A stretch of 63,766 bases of DNA, counting the filler, from Octopus bimaculoides (lineage: Eukaryota): assembly GCF_001194135.2 (NCBI RefSeq). It is 5 parts of 5 records of this genome, joined end to end, with 100 filler letters (N's around TTAATTAATTAA, not from the genome) between each part and the next. Parts side by side here need not be neighbours in the genome. Positions count along the whole stretch, not along the records: positions 10,688 to 27,425 come from NC_068988.1; 4 more parts are not named here. One strand, given 5' to 3'. A program made the translations under genes and the position numbers. Below are positions 13,520-26,360 of the stretch, piece after piece (the stretch's first letter is position 1; every line of letters begins with the position of its first letter). Below the pieces are notes generated by a model. That model did no database searches. It had not been told where the DNA came from and saw only the letters and a program-made list of their open reading frames with translations.

Positions 13520-14460
13520 TTTCCGCTACTAGGACGTTTATTATTTCATGAGAAGAATAGTATGTACTACGTCGCATGTTGCATTGTAAGAACGCTCTGC
13601 ACGAAAAAACTGCGAGGTTTTTTATTGTAGTTGAATGCTTGGAATTTCGGTAGTGTCAGAGAAATACGTTGGAGATATGCGTTCAAGTTCCTGTCAAGTC
13701 GATGATTGCAAAGAAATTATCGCGAACCTGAAAGAGCTAACAACATTTCTACTTCATCATTAGATTGCTGATGTCTTGGTGCAATGACAAATTGTTTGCA
13801 TCCAGCGCTAGTTATCCATTTGATAATACAAGGAGCAATAGAAGGAGTTTCATTAATAGTTACTAGAAAAGTTGTATAACTTCTCGATTTAACATTGGTC
13901 ATAAGGTCTTTAATAGTGAAATCATTTGTGGGTGAAGTTGTAAAATGTACCTGCAGCCTTTTGAAAAATGAACTAATAATGGTTAATGCGTAATATTTGC
14001 CAATAAAAGCAGCGTAAAAGTCTGCATACACAGGCTACGAAAATTCTAACGATAATAGCCAAAGAGTTCATTTTGAAGCAAGATTATGAATTTTGCTGGC
14101 ACGCCGAATACAAAAGAAGAAAGAAAGGTGAATTGTGTTAATTCAGCCTCGAGGTCGGGTCACTGAATAGATAAGTAAGCTAACGACTTCATCTTTGCTA
14201 TGCCGAATGTAGATCACGTGTAACGGTTTTTCGTAATATAGGGAGACCAGCAGTTGATCCCGATTCCAATGAACATCCTCTGGAATGAGCGGAGTTATTT
14301 TCCCGAATAAAAAATATTTAAGGGATCTCGTTTCGACGATCTCATACGACTATTTCTTGGAGTTCAATGATGTGGAAATAACTTTGGATCACTTCTACAA
14401 TCAAGTAGAAGGTGAATATGCAGACAACCCGTCATTGAATCTGGAAGCTTCTTGTCAGAA
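13520..14460 (-). mobile_element. Decayed Gypsy-type pol (integrase) remnant
   Basis: GIAKMKSLA...*PDLEAE (HHCC region), YADFYAAFIGKYY (cf. HxDFAGPF), APRHQQSNDEVE (cf. APYHPQSNGxAE) and YRNSKHSTT appear in the expected order. Confidence 0.65.
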
Positions 14461-14819
14461 AAGCTTTACAGAAAATTGACGAATTGAGTTCTCCTGCTCT
14501 TACGATGTTTAATCAATGTCATGAAAATAGCCTCACGCCGAGCTCAACTTTCTAATGTTAAACCACAGCACCAGAATTTGGGGAAGAATTTATCGAGACT
14601 ATAGATGAAGTAAAATGCTTTATGATTCGTTGCATAAGGGAAATAAATGTCGAAGAGGGACTGGTGCAACAAATAATTGAAGCTTTTAAGATAGCCTGTG
14701 AATAACCGTGTCCTGTTTTACACGAACGTCACGAAATACACAAGACAAAGAAATCAACAAGACAAAGAAATCAACAAGACAAAGAAAAAACTGCACCGAA
14801 TCCAAGGTGTTAACCATCT

Positions 14820-14900
14820 TCATTGGACTGCGGCCATGCTGGGTCACTGCCTTGAAGAGTTTAAGTTGATCAAGTACTTTAAGATCTGGTACTTATTCTA
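14820..14900 (-). mobile_element. SINE family B fragment
   Basis: GACTGCGGCCATGCTGG...GGTACTTATTCT. Confidence 0.6.
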
Positions 14901-15123
14901 ACGATCTCTTTTGTGGAAACGCCAAAATACAGGCATGTAAACGAATCAACACCGATTGTCATGCGGGGAAGGAGTACAAAGAAAACAAATGCAAAAACTC
15001 CACCCAAGTACATATACCTACCTTCCTACCTACCTACCTACCTACCTACAAACATACATACATACATACATACATACATATCCGTCTATATATGACGGGC
15101 TCCCTTATAGTTTCCTTATTTCT

Positions 15124-15350
15124 TTATTGCCCACAAGGGGCTAAACATAGAGGAGACAAACAAGGACAGACAAAGGAATTAAGTCGCTTACATCGACCCC
15201 AGTGCGTAACTGGTACTTAATTTATCGATCCCGAAAGGATGAAAGGCAAAGTCGACCTCGGCAGAATTTGAACTCAGAACGTAACAGCAGACGAAATACC
15301 GCTAAGCATTTCGCCCGGCGTGTTAACGTTTCTGCCAGCTCGCCGCCTTA
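15124..15350 (-). mobile_element. Young tRNA-derived SINE, family A
   Basis: Near-identical reverse complement of 47785-48010, including the GTTTAGCCCCTTGTGGGCAATAA tail. Confidence 0.9.
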
Positions 15351-15492
15351 TAGTTTCCACTGACCACACCACTCGCAAGGCTTTGGTTAACCCGAGGCTA
15401 TAAAAGAAGACACTTGTCCAATGTGCCGCACAGTAGGACTGAACGTGAAACCACTTAGTTGCAAAGTGAGTTTTATAACCATGCAGCCATGC
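15351..15492 (-). mobile_element. tRNA-derived SINE 5' module (family C), diverged
   Basis: AAGGCTTTGG...CCGAGGCTATA...AGAAGACACTTG...GGACTGAAC matches the copies at 46794 and 57205. Confidence 0.75.
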
Positions 15493-16196
15493 ATTTTTGC
15501 TTTAATTTTTGTTTGTTTTGTTAAGGCCAGAGAAGAGTATCAGGTGAAAGGAAGTCCTTTAGAGCGAAGATTAATTTTTAAATCCATTGTTTGGGCGTGT
15601 ATTAGTTTCCAAATTCATCATGTTTGGACATAGATTAGTCATTAAACTCATGAGATTTGGATATAGATTAATTATTAATCTCACGAGGTTTGGATATGGA
15701 TTATTTTTCAAATTCATCAATTGCTGCAATAACCAACACCGTCTCTGCAAATAATACCGCCTATGCTTCTTATAAGCACAACCAAAATGAAATTACTCAA
15801 AACGTTGTCACACACAGAAACCTGCTGACTTAACTCAAAAGAGGACACACTCTCTCTTCCTCTTTCTCTCTCTCTCTCTCTCTCTTGCTCTGATTAGTAT
15901 TTATGTTTGCCCAGACACTGGTGTCCCAGAATGCCATGCACCACTGAGACATGTCGAACGCACTGTTGACGTAAAAGAGAGACGTCATTCTCCTAAGACA
16001 TACACAACAGCGCCCAACGTATTTTCTTTCTGAACCTGCCTGGACACGTTAAGAATAAAAGTGAGAATTTCTTCTTTTTTTTTATTACTTTTAATCTCGG
16101 TACTTATTTTATGGGTCGTCTTTTGCCGAATTGCTAAGTTATGGAAACGTAAACACACCAACACCAGTTGTCCAACGGCGGTGGGAAACAAACGCA

Positions 16197-16276
<80 letters not shown>

Positions 16277-16473
16277 TATTAGAGGCATACATGTTTGCAT
16301 ACACTTCTATAATCAAAGTTTTAAGCTGTGCCACTGATGAGGTGTAATACGACCGGAACATATTCGGAGTTGTCGTCTTTACTAAATATCATGGTCGCTT
16401 CTTCATTTAATTAATCTTTATTTAATATTTATTTAATTAATATTATTCTTTTTGTTAATATTCGGGTATACCA

Positions 16474-16690
16474 AAGCGCCGAGTTGGCAGAGTCATTACT
16501 GCGCCGGAAAAATTATTTTGCGGCATTTCTTCCGACTTTACATCCTGAGTTCAAACTCTACCGAGTTCGACTTTGCTTTTCATCCTTTCGGGGTCCATAA
16601 AGTAAGTACCAGCTGAGCACTGGGGTTGATGTAATCGACTTACGTCTCACCCGAAATCGCTGGCCTTGCGCCAAAATTTATGAACCAATA
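16474..16690 (+). mobile_element. SINE family A
   Basis: GAGTTGGCAGA head, CTGAGTTCAAA, CTTTGCTTTTCATCCTTTCGGGG, AAGTACCAG. Confidence 0.85.
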
Positions 16691-17059
16691 TCTCGGTGAA
16701 TCAGGTTAATTCATTTAGATAATGATTATTATTATTAATAATTATTATTAATCAATAAAGAAAAATATCAGCTAGCTACATAAAGTATGCTGGCGCCCAC
16801 ACTTTGCTATCAAGTGTTTATGCAGCAGGAGTCCCTTGGGTATTTGTTTTCAGCATCACTCCACCCACCTGCCGCTATCACTTTTATGTGTGCTATTTGT
16901 CTGACCGTTGCGGCTATTATAACCATCGATCTAAAAAGCTATCAAACAATCTCTGTACACACGCAAACTCTGCCTCAGTGTCCGTCTGTCTGTCTGCCTC
17001 TGTCTCCCCCTCTATCTCTCTCTCACACACACACAGTCTCTCTATTTCACTCTTTCTCA

Positions 17060-17098
<39 letters not shown>

Positions 17099-17316
17099 TT
17101 AAGGTGGGAGGAGGTACTTTCGTTAACTGTCGTCTAACATGAAGACGGCCAACATCAAAGGAATTGTTGCTACGTGATGAACGTTCTGTTGACAATAACC
17201 AAAGACTCTCTTAGACTCTTTAAGTCATAATCGAAGTTGAAGCTTCGATTAATTTCTTAGTTTTTTGGGGGGTTTTTTTGTTGCTTTTTTTATACATTGA
17301 ATCTCAAACCAATTCT

Positions 17317-17319
<3 letters not shown>

Positions 17320-17355
<36 letters not shown>

Positions 17356-17406
17356 GCACTACAATTTCTGCTGTTGCTGCTGTTATTGTTGTTATTACTA
17401 CTACTA

Positions 17407-17470
<64 letters not shown>

Positions 17471-17860
17471 AGCTGCTGCTGCTGCTGCTACTGCTACGGT
17501 CGCTGTTAGCAATACCACCTCTATATCGCCACTACTATCACCTCCACCTGCACCACTACCATCACTAGCACCACCATCACCACCACCATTAAGACGGGCA
17601 GCCTAACCAGCACCACTATCATCAACATCACCACTACCGCGGCTACCACCATCACCCACATCCTCCACCACTACCTCCACCACCACCACAATTGCCACTG
17701 CCACTACACCACTACCGGCGCCACACTACCGCGCCACAACACTACTTCCTCCTATACAGCCACTGGCACCACTACCGCACGATCACCATCAAATAAACAC
17801 CCCCGACATCATCACCATCACCATAACCATAACCCTACCACCACCACCACCGCCGCCACC
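17320..17860. repeat. Long compound (CTA)/(CTG)/(CCA) trinucleotide low-complexity tract
   Basis: Direct reading. It produces the poly-L and poly-V pseudo-ORFs in the track. Confidence 0.9.
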
Positions 17861-18923
17861 ACTGTTAATAAGTTCCTTCTTTATTATATTTTTGTATTAT
17901 TTTTACTCTTTGCTCAACTTCTTTTTGCTTCTATTTTCCTTAACCTTTTTGCTCCCTCTCTCACCTTCTTCTCTCCCCTTCTTTTCACTCTTCATTCTTT
18001 CTAATTATTTCTACTCTCTCTCTTCCCCACCTCTCTCATATTATTTTCCTAGGACAATGACATTTACAAATGTTGTTGACGTCATCGTCCTTGCTGTCGT
18101 CGCTGTAGTTAAACGCCATGATGTCATCTGACTATCTTCTTTTAGTTTTCGTTTGTCATTTGTCCTTGTAATGTGCGCCAACCAAAGACCTGACAGAAGA
18201 AGAAGCGGGTATGTTAAGCGGGACAGTGGCTCTTGTTTTTTGGACCGCGAATCCGGTTAAGTTGCTCAGTGTCCGATTCAGACCAGACGTCTATGTAAGG
18301 AGAAAAATGAAATAAACAAAAAAAAAAAACTGGCAAGAGATCGCCTATAGAAATGGTCGGTTTCATCCAGAAATGGGCTGACTGGAAGTTATTCCTGAAT
18401 GTTCTAGAAGCGGCACACGTTTACATTGTTTGGTGAACTGACATCTGACTATCTCAAACCGTGTCCAAGAAACGTCTGACCAAGATGAAGCGAATTCTCA
18501 TTTTTTTGTTTTCTTTTTCTTTTTCTTTGGGGAAGAGCAAGTTTTGTTAATCAGACGGTCCATCTACTGCCAAAAACCCACTTAAAGAATTTCTTGAAAT
18601 GCCATGTCTTGAAATGGTTGATGATGCACAAACATACAATGAAGTTAACACAGCTAAAAAGATTCCGGAGCGACGACGATGAAAGTGAAGCGGTCTGGTT
18701 GCCTGGTTAAATATAAAACAGACAATAGCACAAAACGCATATCCAACAAGGACAGCACTATTCGAACTAATGTAGAAACTGTTCTTATAGAGATGACAAA
18801 ACCAAAAAATCTTGTATGTAACTCTCAAAAACAATCTAGTTACTTTACTGTATGGATCAAACGACACTATTCCTGTCACATTCAAATTGTATACAATTAC
18901 ATATCTTGCTTAAAAATTCATTG

Positions 18924-19291
18924 TTACCTCCGTCTTAGCGAAGGCGGAGGTATTGTTTTCAGTCGTGTTTGTTTGTTTGTCCGTGGACAAAATATCACAA
19001 GAACGGCTGGACGGATTCAGATGAAACTTTCAGCAATGTTTGGCCTCGTGACTGGCACAAACTGATTAGATTTTGGGATCAATCCACTACCGGACAAGGA
19101 TTCTGGATTAGTTTTCCGATTTTTTTTTACTTAATTTCTGAGAGCGGTTGGGTTCATTTTTAGTATTCTCGTTTGTGAGAGCAGTCAAGTTTATTTCAGA
19201 TATTCTCATTTTAAAAATCAGTTCCGGCTAATCGTTGAGTGGACGTTGGTGTTACCTTGACGGAGATTTGCGCTCTCTGGGTGCCCTTGTT
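18924..19291 (+). mobile_element. Non-autonomous Helentron-type element (HINE/DINE-1-like)
   Basis: 5' hairpin ACCTCCGTCTT-AGCG-AAGGCGGAGGT, a GTTT microsatellite, 3' subterminal CCTTGACGGAG, T-rich flanks. Two more copies lie at 53 kb. Confidence 0.7.
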
Positions 19292-19337
19292 AAATATATT
19301 TCCTAGTTAATCTTATTGCGGTTAAGTTATTTTATTA

Positions 19338-19574
19338 TTCTATTTTGGAACAGTGGATCTCGAGTTAAATAAGCTATAAATAATAACGTGTAGATATTGG
19401 ATTAAGAAACCCTTTGAATAGAAAACGTCGAGGGCCTGTCGTGCTTGCAGACGTAGGCTCTGATCCCACGGGGCAGCCTTCGACTTTTTCTATCGAAACA
19501 ATTTTTTAGCCTAATATTTATACGTTATTATTTATAGCTTTATTTGCTTCGAGATCCACTGTTCCAAAATAGAA
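19338..19574. mobile_element. Foldback MITE (~237 bp) flanked by TTA direct repeats
   Basis: TTCTATTTTGGAACAGTGGATCTCGA...TCGAGATCCACTGTTCCAAAATAGAA, with pairing extending almost to the centre. TTA at 19335-19337 and 19575-19577. Confidence 0.75.
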
Positions 19575-19922
19575 TTATTTCATGTTCTCTCGAAGTTTAT
19601 AGATTCTTATCTCATTATTCTTTCTCACTTTCTTTATCCATTTATTTCTTTATCCATTAATCGTCCGAGTTGTCTTTTCACGGCTCGTCTCTTTGACCGA
19701 GCTACGGTTTTGGCTAAAAAAAAAAAAAAGAACACAACACAATACACATCACAGTACAAAGAATATATTACAAATTAACAAACTCGCAAATAAATAAATA
19801 ATTAAATGTGATAAATAATATAAGATAAAATCTAATATAATAAAAGCTTTCTCATCAACGTGAAACAACAAACCTGCAAGCCTCCAAACGTACTTCAAGC
19901 AACTAATATAATATACAAACAT

Positions 19923-20100
19923 AAGGCAGCGAGCTGGCAGAATCGTTAGCACGCCGGGCAAAATGCTTAGCAGCATCTTGTCCGTATTCACGTTCTGAGT
20001 TCGAATTCCACCTAGAACGACTTTGGTTTCCATCCCTTTCTGAATTGATTCAATAAGTACCAGTTGAGTATTAGGGTCGATGTAATCGAATTATCCCCTC
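19923..20100 (+). mobile_element. SINE family A
   Basis: GCGAGCTGGCAGAATCGTTAGCACGCCGGGCAAAATGCTTAG...GAGTTCGAATTCC. Confidence 0.85.
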
Positions 20101-20322
20101 GATTGAGAGAATGCTCTCTTAAAATGCCGAGTATTAAAGCACCTGAGAATCATGGGCAAGCGAAGTAATTCACCCCAGATGTTTTGACACCCTGTGCTTT
20201 GGGAGAGTAACCTCCACCACGTCAATTCGCAACCTACTCGCAAATACACAGGGTATATACGTTAAGTATATGTGGTCGATAACGTTTATTACACTAACGC
20301 TGCTTCTATTTCATATCTGAAG

Positions 20323-20552
20323 ATATATTTCTTTTTTCTGGTGAAGGTCGGTTTATGAGGTTAACCTGGATTTCCCGTCCGTAAAGGGGTAAACTTTACA
20401 GTGTATCTTCAGGCCCCAAGACCTGTTGGCCTATGACCTGTCATAGGCCAACAGGTCTTGGGGCCTGAAGATACGCCATAATGTTAATAATCCCTTTCTG
20501 GATGGGAAAACCAGAGTAACTCCATAAACCGACCTTCACCAGAAAAAATATA
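20323..20552. mobile_element. Foldback MITE with a perfect central 35-bp palindrome
   Basis: Outer arms CTGGTGAAGGTCGGTTTATG and CATAAACCGACCTTCACCAG. Inner arms 20403-20437 and 20440-20474 are exact. TA-rich flanks. Confidence 0.8.
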
Positions 20553-20633
20553 GACTACTCTACTTCTTAGAGTGTGCTTCTCCTACGGATTTATGTTTTT
20601 CTAAAAACGATATAAATATATATATATACATTG

Positions 20634-20664
<31 letters not shown>

Positions 20665-21487
20665 NNNNNNNNNNNNNNNNNNNNNNNNNNNNNNNNNNNN
20701 NNNNNNNNNNNNNNNNNNNNNNNNNNNNNNNNNNNNNNNNNNNNNNNNNNNNNNNNNNNNNNNNNNNNNNNNNNNNNNNNNNNNNNNNNNNNNNNNNNNN
20801 NNNNNNNNNNNNNNNNNNNNNNNNNNNNNNNNNNNNNNNNNNNNNNNNNNNNNNNNNNNNNNNNNNNNNNNNNNNNNNNNNNNNNNNNNNNNNNNNNNNN
20901 NNNNNNNNNNNNNNNNNNNNNNNNNNNNNNNNNNNNNNNNNNNNNNNNNNNTATATATATAATAGAGTGTAATTATATTATTTTATAGATATTGTTATTT
21001 ATTGACAATACTCGTAGACAGGCTAGACTCGAAGTGCTCAAGGTGAGCTAAGTTCCATTTAATAATTTGAGTGGAGGCAATACGAGTAGAAAACTAGAGG
21101 GACATGCCCTATTATCCAGCAGAATATACAATATATATGCACACTTACTTCAACATTAATAGAGTGTATATATTTATGTGACTATGATATATATTTATGT
21201 GACTGTGAGACCACTACTGTTCGCACTATCCCAGATTTCCTATCGGTTATAACAAACAGAGAACATTAGGGTTAGTTGTCGTTCAAGTCGGGACGAATGC
21301 CAAACTGAATGGCAGCGTACGACGTGTCTGCACATGCGTGTCGCCATGTGTGCGTGTGTATATGCATACTTACAGACGTAAAACACACATGCACGCGCAC
21401 ACACACATAAACATATATACATATATTCTTAAATACATATGTGCGTGTGAGGGTACCTGCGCGTATGTATATGAGTGTGTATATATA

Positions 21488-21523
<36 letters not shown>

Positions 21524-21841
21524 TGTATGTATGTATGTATCTATCTATCTATCTATCTATCNNNNNNNNNNNNNNNNNNNNNNNNNNNNNNNNNNNNNNN
21601 NNNNNNNNNNNNNNNNNNNNNNNNNNNNNNNNNNNNNNNNNNNNNNNNNNNNNNNNNNNNNNNNNNNNNNNNNNNNNNNNNNNNNNNNNNNNNNNNNNNN
21701 NNNNNNNNNNNNNNNNNNNNNNNNNNNNNNNNNNNNNNNNNNNNNNNNNNNNNNNNNNNNNNNNNNNNNNNNNNNNNNNNNNNNNNNNNNNNNNNNNNNN
21801 NNNNNNNNNNNNNNNNNNNNNNNNNNNNNNNNNNNNNNNNN

Positions 21842-21894
<53 letters not shown>

Positions 21895-21954
21895 GAGAGA
21901 GATGTTATTGTTTGCGGAAACGTATGGTTTAGTGGATTCCTGGATTAAATAATA

Positions 21955-22130
21955 CGTTGTGTTCTTGTGCAAAGCACTTCATTTCACGTTACTCCAGGTC
22001 ACTCAGCTGGTAAATGTTAGTAGTCGTCCGACGGACCGACGTCCCATCCAGTGGGGTGTATATGAGTCACAGAAACCGGAAAACCGGTCCTATGAGTCTT
22101 TGTGACTCGGGAAGGAAGTTTATCCTTTTT
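21955..22130 (+). mobile_element. SINE body with a CORE-like domain (family D), 5' truncated
   Basis: TTGTGTTCTTGTGCAAAGCACTTCATTTCACGTT...CGTCCCATCCAGTGGGG, similar to 43550 and 56520. Confidence 0.6.
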
Positions 22131-22149
22131 TTATTATCCTATGTTATTA

Positions 22150-22480
22150 TTTAATTTTATTTCTATATTTCTTGCCAACGAAAGAAGAGTCCGTTTCTAA
22201 CCTAGATCCATGGCTCTTTCGCTGGAATTTTGAGCAACATCAACAAAGTATTTGCACATGTTTCCGTGTATATGTGCAATATTTGTAGTCAGTGCATGTT
22301 CAGAATGGTAAGTTTTGTTTTATGTATTCTCATGCATTTAGTTGCGTGTCTAGACATGTAAGGGTGTACTTAAATGCTAAACTTTTTGAAAAGTTTTACA
22401 TATTTTGACAATACCGGTGATAGTTTGTATCTCCAATCTTCTAATTAGCTTTCTCTTTTCTGGTTTTGAGAACCCCTAAT
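22150..22480 (+). mobile_element. Unclassified ~330-bp interspersed repeat (copy 1)
   Basis: Colinear with 24515-24850: TTTCTTGCCAA, CTAGATCCA, CTAGACATG, TTCTGGTTTTGAGAA. Confidence 0.7.
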
Positions 22481-23714
22481 TTCTTCTCTCAGTCGCAGGA
22501 TTAATGAAAACAGGCACGAATATCAATATCACTAGGTTAAACAAAATATATGCTGCTTTCATAGTTACAAAGGAAGGCGGGAACTCTTTCAGATTGAATC
22601 ATGTTGGAATATCAACGCTCAAACTCAGAAAACATTAGAAAATAAACTGTACATCTCTTAATAAATAACGGAGAGACACAATTAAGAAAAGAGTAATTAA
22701 CAACGAAAATAAAACATCTAGAATGCGCATCACTCGTAAAATGGCCGTAAGTGTGCAAAGCAAAGTAACTATGTAAAAAAAACAACACAAGAAAAAACCC
22801 CACAAGGTAACTATAGAGAAACGTATTCTTCTCATGTCCAAGAATATTTTATTTCATTTGTAAATCATCAGGGGAGAAGAAGCAGACAAGAGAATGGTTC
22901 TAATGCAGCACCATTATTGGTTCCTCCCTCTTACCTCTATTATTCTCTATCCTTTGTAGACTCTTTTACTATCAAGAAAGACTAACTCCATGTGAGGGTA
23001 AATCTTATATTCTTCGCATTCCAACAGACGAAATATAACGTGCTGTTAATTTAATTATCTTTTTTATGATTTATTTGGTTATTTTTTTCCCGTTACAGAA
23101 GGTGTTGGCCGGGTGCCTTAGAGACCAACACATTGCTTGGACTGAATAACAATTGGATTTCATCTGACACCATCATGAATGGCGTTTGTCTCATCTGTAG
23201 AAAGACATCCAACGATATATAACCATCCCTGATGTTGAATGAAAATTGGTTGCAAAATAGATAACGAATAATGCGAAGTGGATACCAAGCCACACGGAAG
23301 AAAAGATTTTAGCGAAGTTATTCCATCATAGACGATATTACGGGAGGAAATATAAGTAATCAAATAAAAGAAAGAAAAACATATTGAAAGAAGATCGAGA
23401 AAGACAGAATGGAGAAATTAAAGCAATTAAAAGAAGAAGAAGAAAGAAAAATTGCTGAGAAACGCCACCAAAAGGAAGTTGAATGGTACAAAAGAGAATT
23501 AGCGAATAAAGAACCAGCACTTTGGCTGCACTGGCCAGAATATGTGTAAATATAAATTCATATACTTTCCAGTTTCTGTGTAAAAATGTTGTGAGATTTC
23601 TGTCGTGTTTTGTCGTGATCTGTTCGTTATTGTGAGACTTTCAATTGCTGTTGATAGTACTTATTATTGTGATTGTCTGCTTTTTAATCTAACCGGTTGT
23701 GGGTTGTCTGAGGC

Positions 23715-23840
23715 GGAAAATTGACAGAACCGTTAGACCATTGGGTAGAATTCTTTTGGGGCATTTTTTTCTTACTTCCACTACCTTGAGTTCAAATTCC
23801 ACCGATGTGAACTTGTCATTTTTCCGAGGTCGATGAATAT
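23715..23840 (+). mobile_element. Diverged SINE family A fragment
   Basis: GAGTTCAAATTCCACCGA...CGAGGTCGATGAA. Confidence 0.55.
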
Positions 23841-23959
23841 ACAACGTATTTCTTTCTTTTTTCTTTCTTTTTTCTCCTTCTTTCTCTCACTCCCTCTCAC
23901 ACACACATACAAATAGACAAACATACATATATTCTCTCCGTCTCTTTCTCTGTCTCTCT

Positions 23960-24075
23960 CTCTCTTTCTTTCTATCTGTCTCTCTCTTTCTTTCTATCTG
24001 TCTCTCTCTTTCTTTCTATCTGTCTCTCTCTTTCTTTCTATCTGTCTCTCACTTTCTTTCTATCTGTCTCACCCT
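23960..24075. repeat. 22-bp tandem repeat (TCTCTCTCTTTCTTTCTATCTG), about 5 copies
   Basis: Direct reading. Confidence 0.85.
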
Positions 24076-24514
24076 CTCAGATTTAGCTTTTGCCAACAAG
24101 ATTATGTGAAAAAATAACTCGAAGGGTGGCACCGAAAATCCATTATATTTTCTCACAAAAATTCCATTGTGTTCGCCAAAAGAGGCACCGGAAATCGTTC
24201 GTTGAATTAAGGGAGAAGAAAATGGTGGTCGGTTGCATGTTGTTCATGTTGCTTAACTGTTGCTTGTTGGTTGTTGTTGTGCGTCATCTATTATTGTGGA
24301 CTGTTTGTTACAGTGGGTCGGCTGGTGTTATGAGTTAGCTACTGTTCTAAGTCAATTGTTGTTGTGGGCTGTCTGCTTTTTTATCTTTTGTTGTGATTTG
24401 TCGGCTGCTATGAACTGTTTGCTGACTGAATATTATAAGAACGCGTTTTGTCGATTACACCACGAATCTGTATAAACATGTCTGTTAGTTTGTGTATGCA
24501 TGTATGTATGTAGG

Positions 24515-24850
24515 TCCTTATTCAGTTTTATTTCAAGATTTCTTGCCAATAGAGAAAGAGTTGGTTTCTAAACTAGATCCAAAGCTCCTTCGTTGGAATT
24601 GCAGCATCATCAGAATATTTTCGCATGTATGTATGTATATGTGCAGTATTTGGAGTAAGTACATGCGCATATTTGTATGTTTTGTCATATGTATGTATTC
24701 TCGTGCATATAGTTGCATGGCTAGACATGCACATATTTACTTAAATGATAAAACTTCTAGAAAGTTTTACAGATTTTTTGCAGTTCCAGTTACGGTTTGG
24801 ATCTCTAGTCTTCGGTTCTGCTTTCTCCTTTCTGGTTTTGAGAATCCTAG
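24515..24850 (+). mobile_element. Unclassified ~330-bp interspersed repeat (copy 2)
   Basis: Colinear with 22150-22480. Confidence 0.7.
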
Positions 24851-24903
24851 TGCGTGTGTGTGTGTGTGTGTTTGCGTATGTGATACATTACTGTTGTTTT
24901 GTA

Positions 24904-24939
<36 letters not shown>

Positions 24940-25669
24940 TATATATATATACTGTCGTTTAGATACAAAATCAATCCAACGCTACATGAATTCAGTGTGG
25001 GATGTGTTATCCGAGCTCAGTCAAACAACTTCAATCCCAACAGCCTACAGTGTAACGTTGTCAAACAGCTACAGAACACATTTAAATACGAACGCCAGGA
25101 GGAACTTGTCAGTTTCATCATACAAATAATTCCATCAGACGCTTTTGTATATGCTAATGTAAGTAAAAATACTCCTGCCTATTGTCATATCTCTTATCGT
25201 TTTCTGTTGTTCTTGTTCTCTAGTCTCGGGTCAATAAAGATTAAACTGGACCCTGATCCATCTGTTTTGTGATACAATGCTACTAAAACTACATTATCTA
25301 ATATGATCCTTCATTTTTGTTTTTGGTTGTTGTTGTTTCTTTTTTAAGTGATATCGTGTGATTTGAAGAAAAGTAGCTGTTACTACTGGCAGTTGATACA
25401 ACCATATTGCGATACTTCCTCTTTCTCTCGACACCTGTTGCTTTGATTTTTAACCGGGAGAAATTCTTCCATCCACCGGGAAGAGAAGGAATTCCAGAAT
25501 TCCAGGGATAAGTTTGAGAATTCTAGTGAGACAGTGATTCAGTTTGAAAATTCTTTATCAATATTCGCTCTGTTTTTGTTAGGTTTATTTTTCTTATTGT
25601 TGATTTTATAGGTGATAATGCTAAATTAATGGACGGTAGTTAGTCTTGCACATTAATATTCTAAGAAGA

Positions 25670-25960
25670 TAACTGAAGGCTTTAATGTTTTATAATAGTC
25701 TTGTATACAAAACTACTTTAATAGAAGGCTGTTAATGTTATGTAATAGTGTTGTACACAAACCTACTTTGATCTTATGCTGTTAAAGAAGTATAAAAGTA
25801 TTATATACAAAACTACTTTAACAGAAAGATGTCAATGGTATGCAATAGTGTTATTTAGAAGATTACTTTAATATAAGCTGCTAATCCTACATAATAGTTT
25901 GTATACATGAATGGTTTAATATAAATGTTACATAATGATTTGAGTTGTAAAAAAGACTGC
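25670..25960. repeat. Degenerate 50-bp minisatellite
   Basis: (C/T)TACTTT recurs at 25713, 25763, 25813 and 25863. Confidence 0.8.
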
Positions 25961-26313
25961 TTAGATAAGAAGCTACTGATATTATGAAATATATTGAGTT
26001 ATATATAATACTATACATGCTTTCTCCGGGAGATTTATTCTGTCATATATATTTTCCAATTAATTTAACAGCCTAATCTGTATTCCTGTATATATAAATG
26101 TCTAAGTTTCTGAAATAAGTAATTTTGTAATTGTTCAGACTAATTTTTAGAATCAAATTTTTTTAGACTCATTTTAGAATCAAAACATTTTTCACTGTAT
26201 ATTTACATTGCATTTCAATCAGTTAGATCTATCATCATCAGGTATATTATTCCTAGATATGTATACAGTACACATCTCACACACGCGCGCCGCACACGCA
26301 CCCACGCGCGCAC

Positions 26314-26360
<47 letters not shown>

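Noticed and set aside
14550-14700. MADF-like words (EEFIET)
   Set aside because: Too short and frameshifted.
18540-18800. Possible exon after a polypyrimidine tract and AG
   Set aside because: No recognisable product, no convincing donor, and stops in the frames examined.
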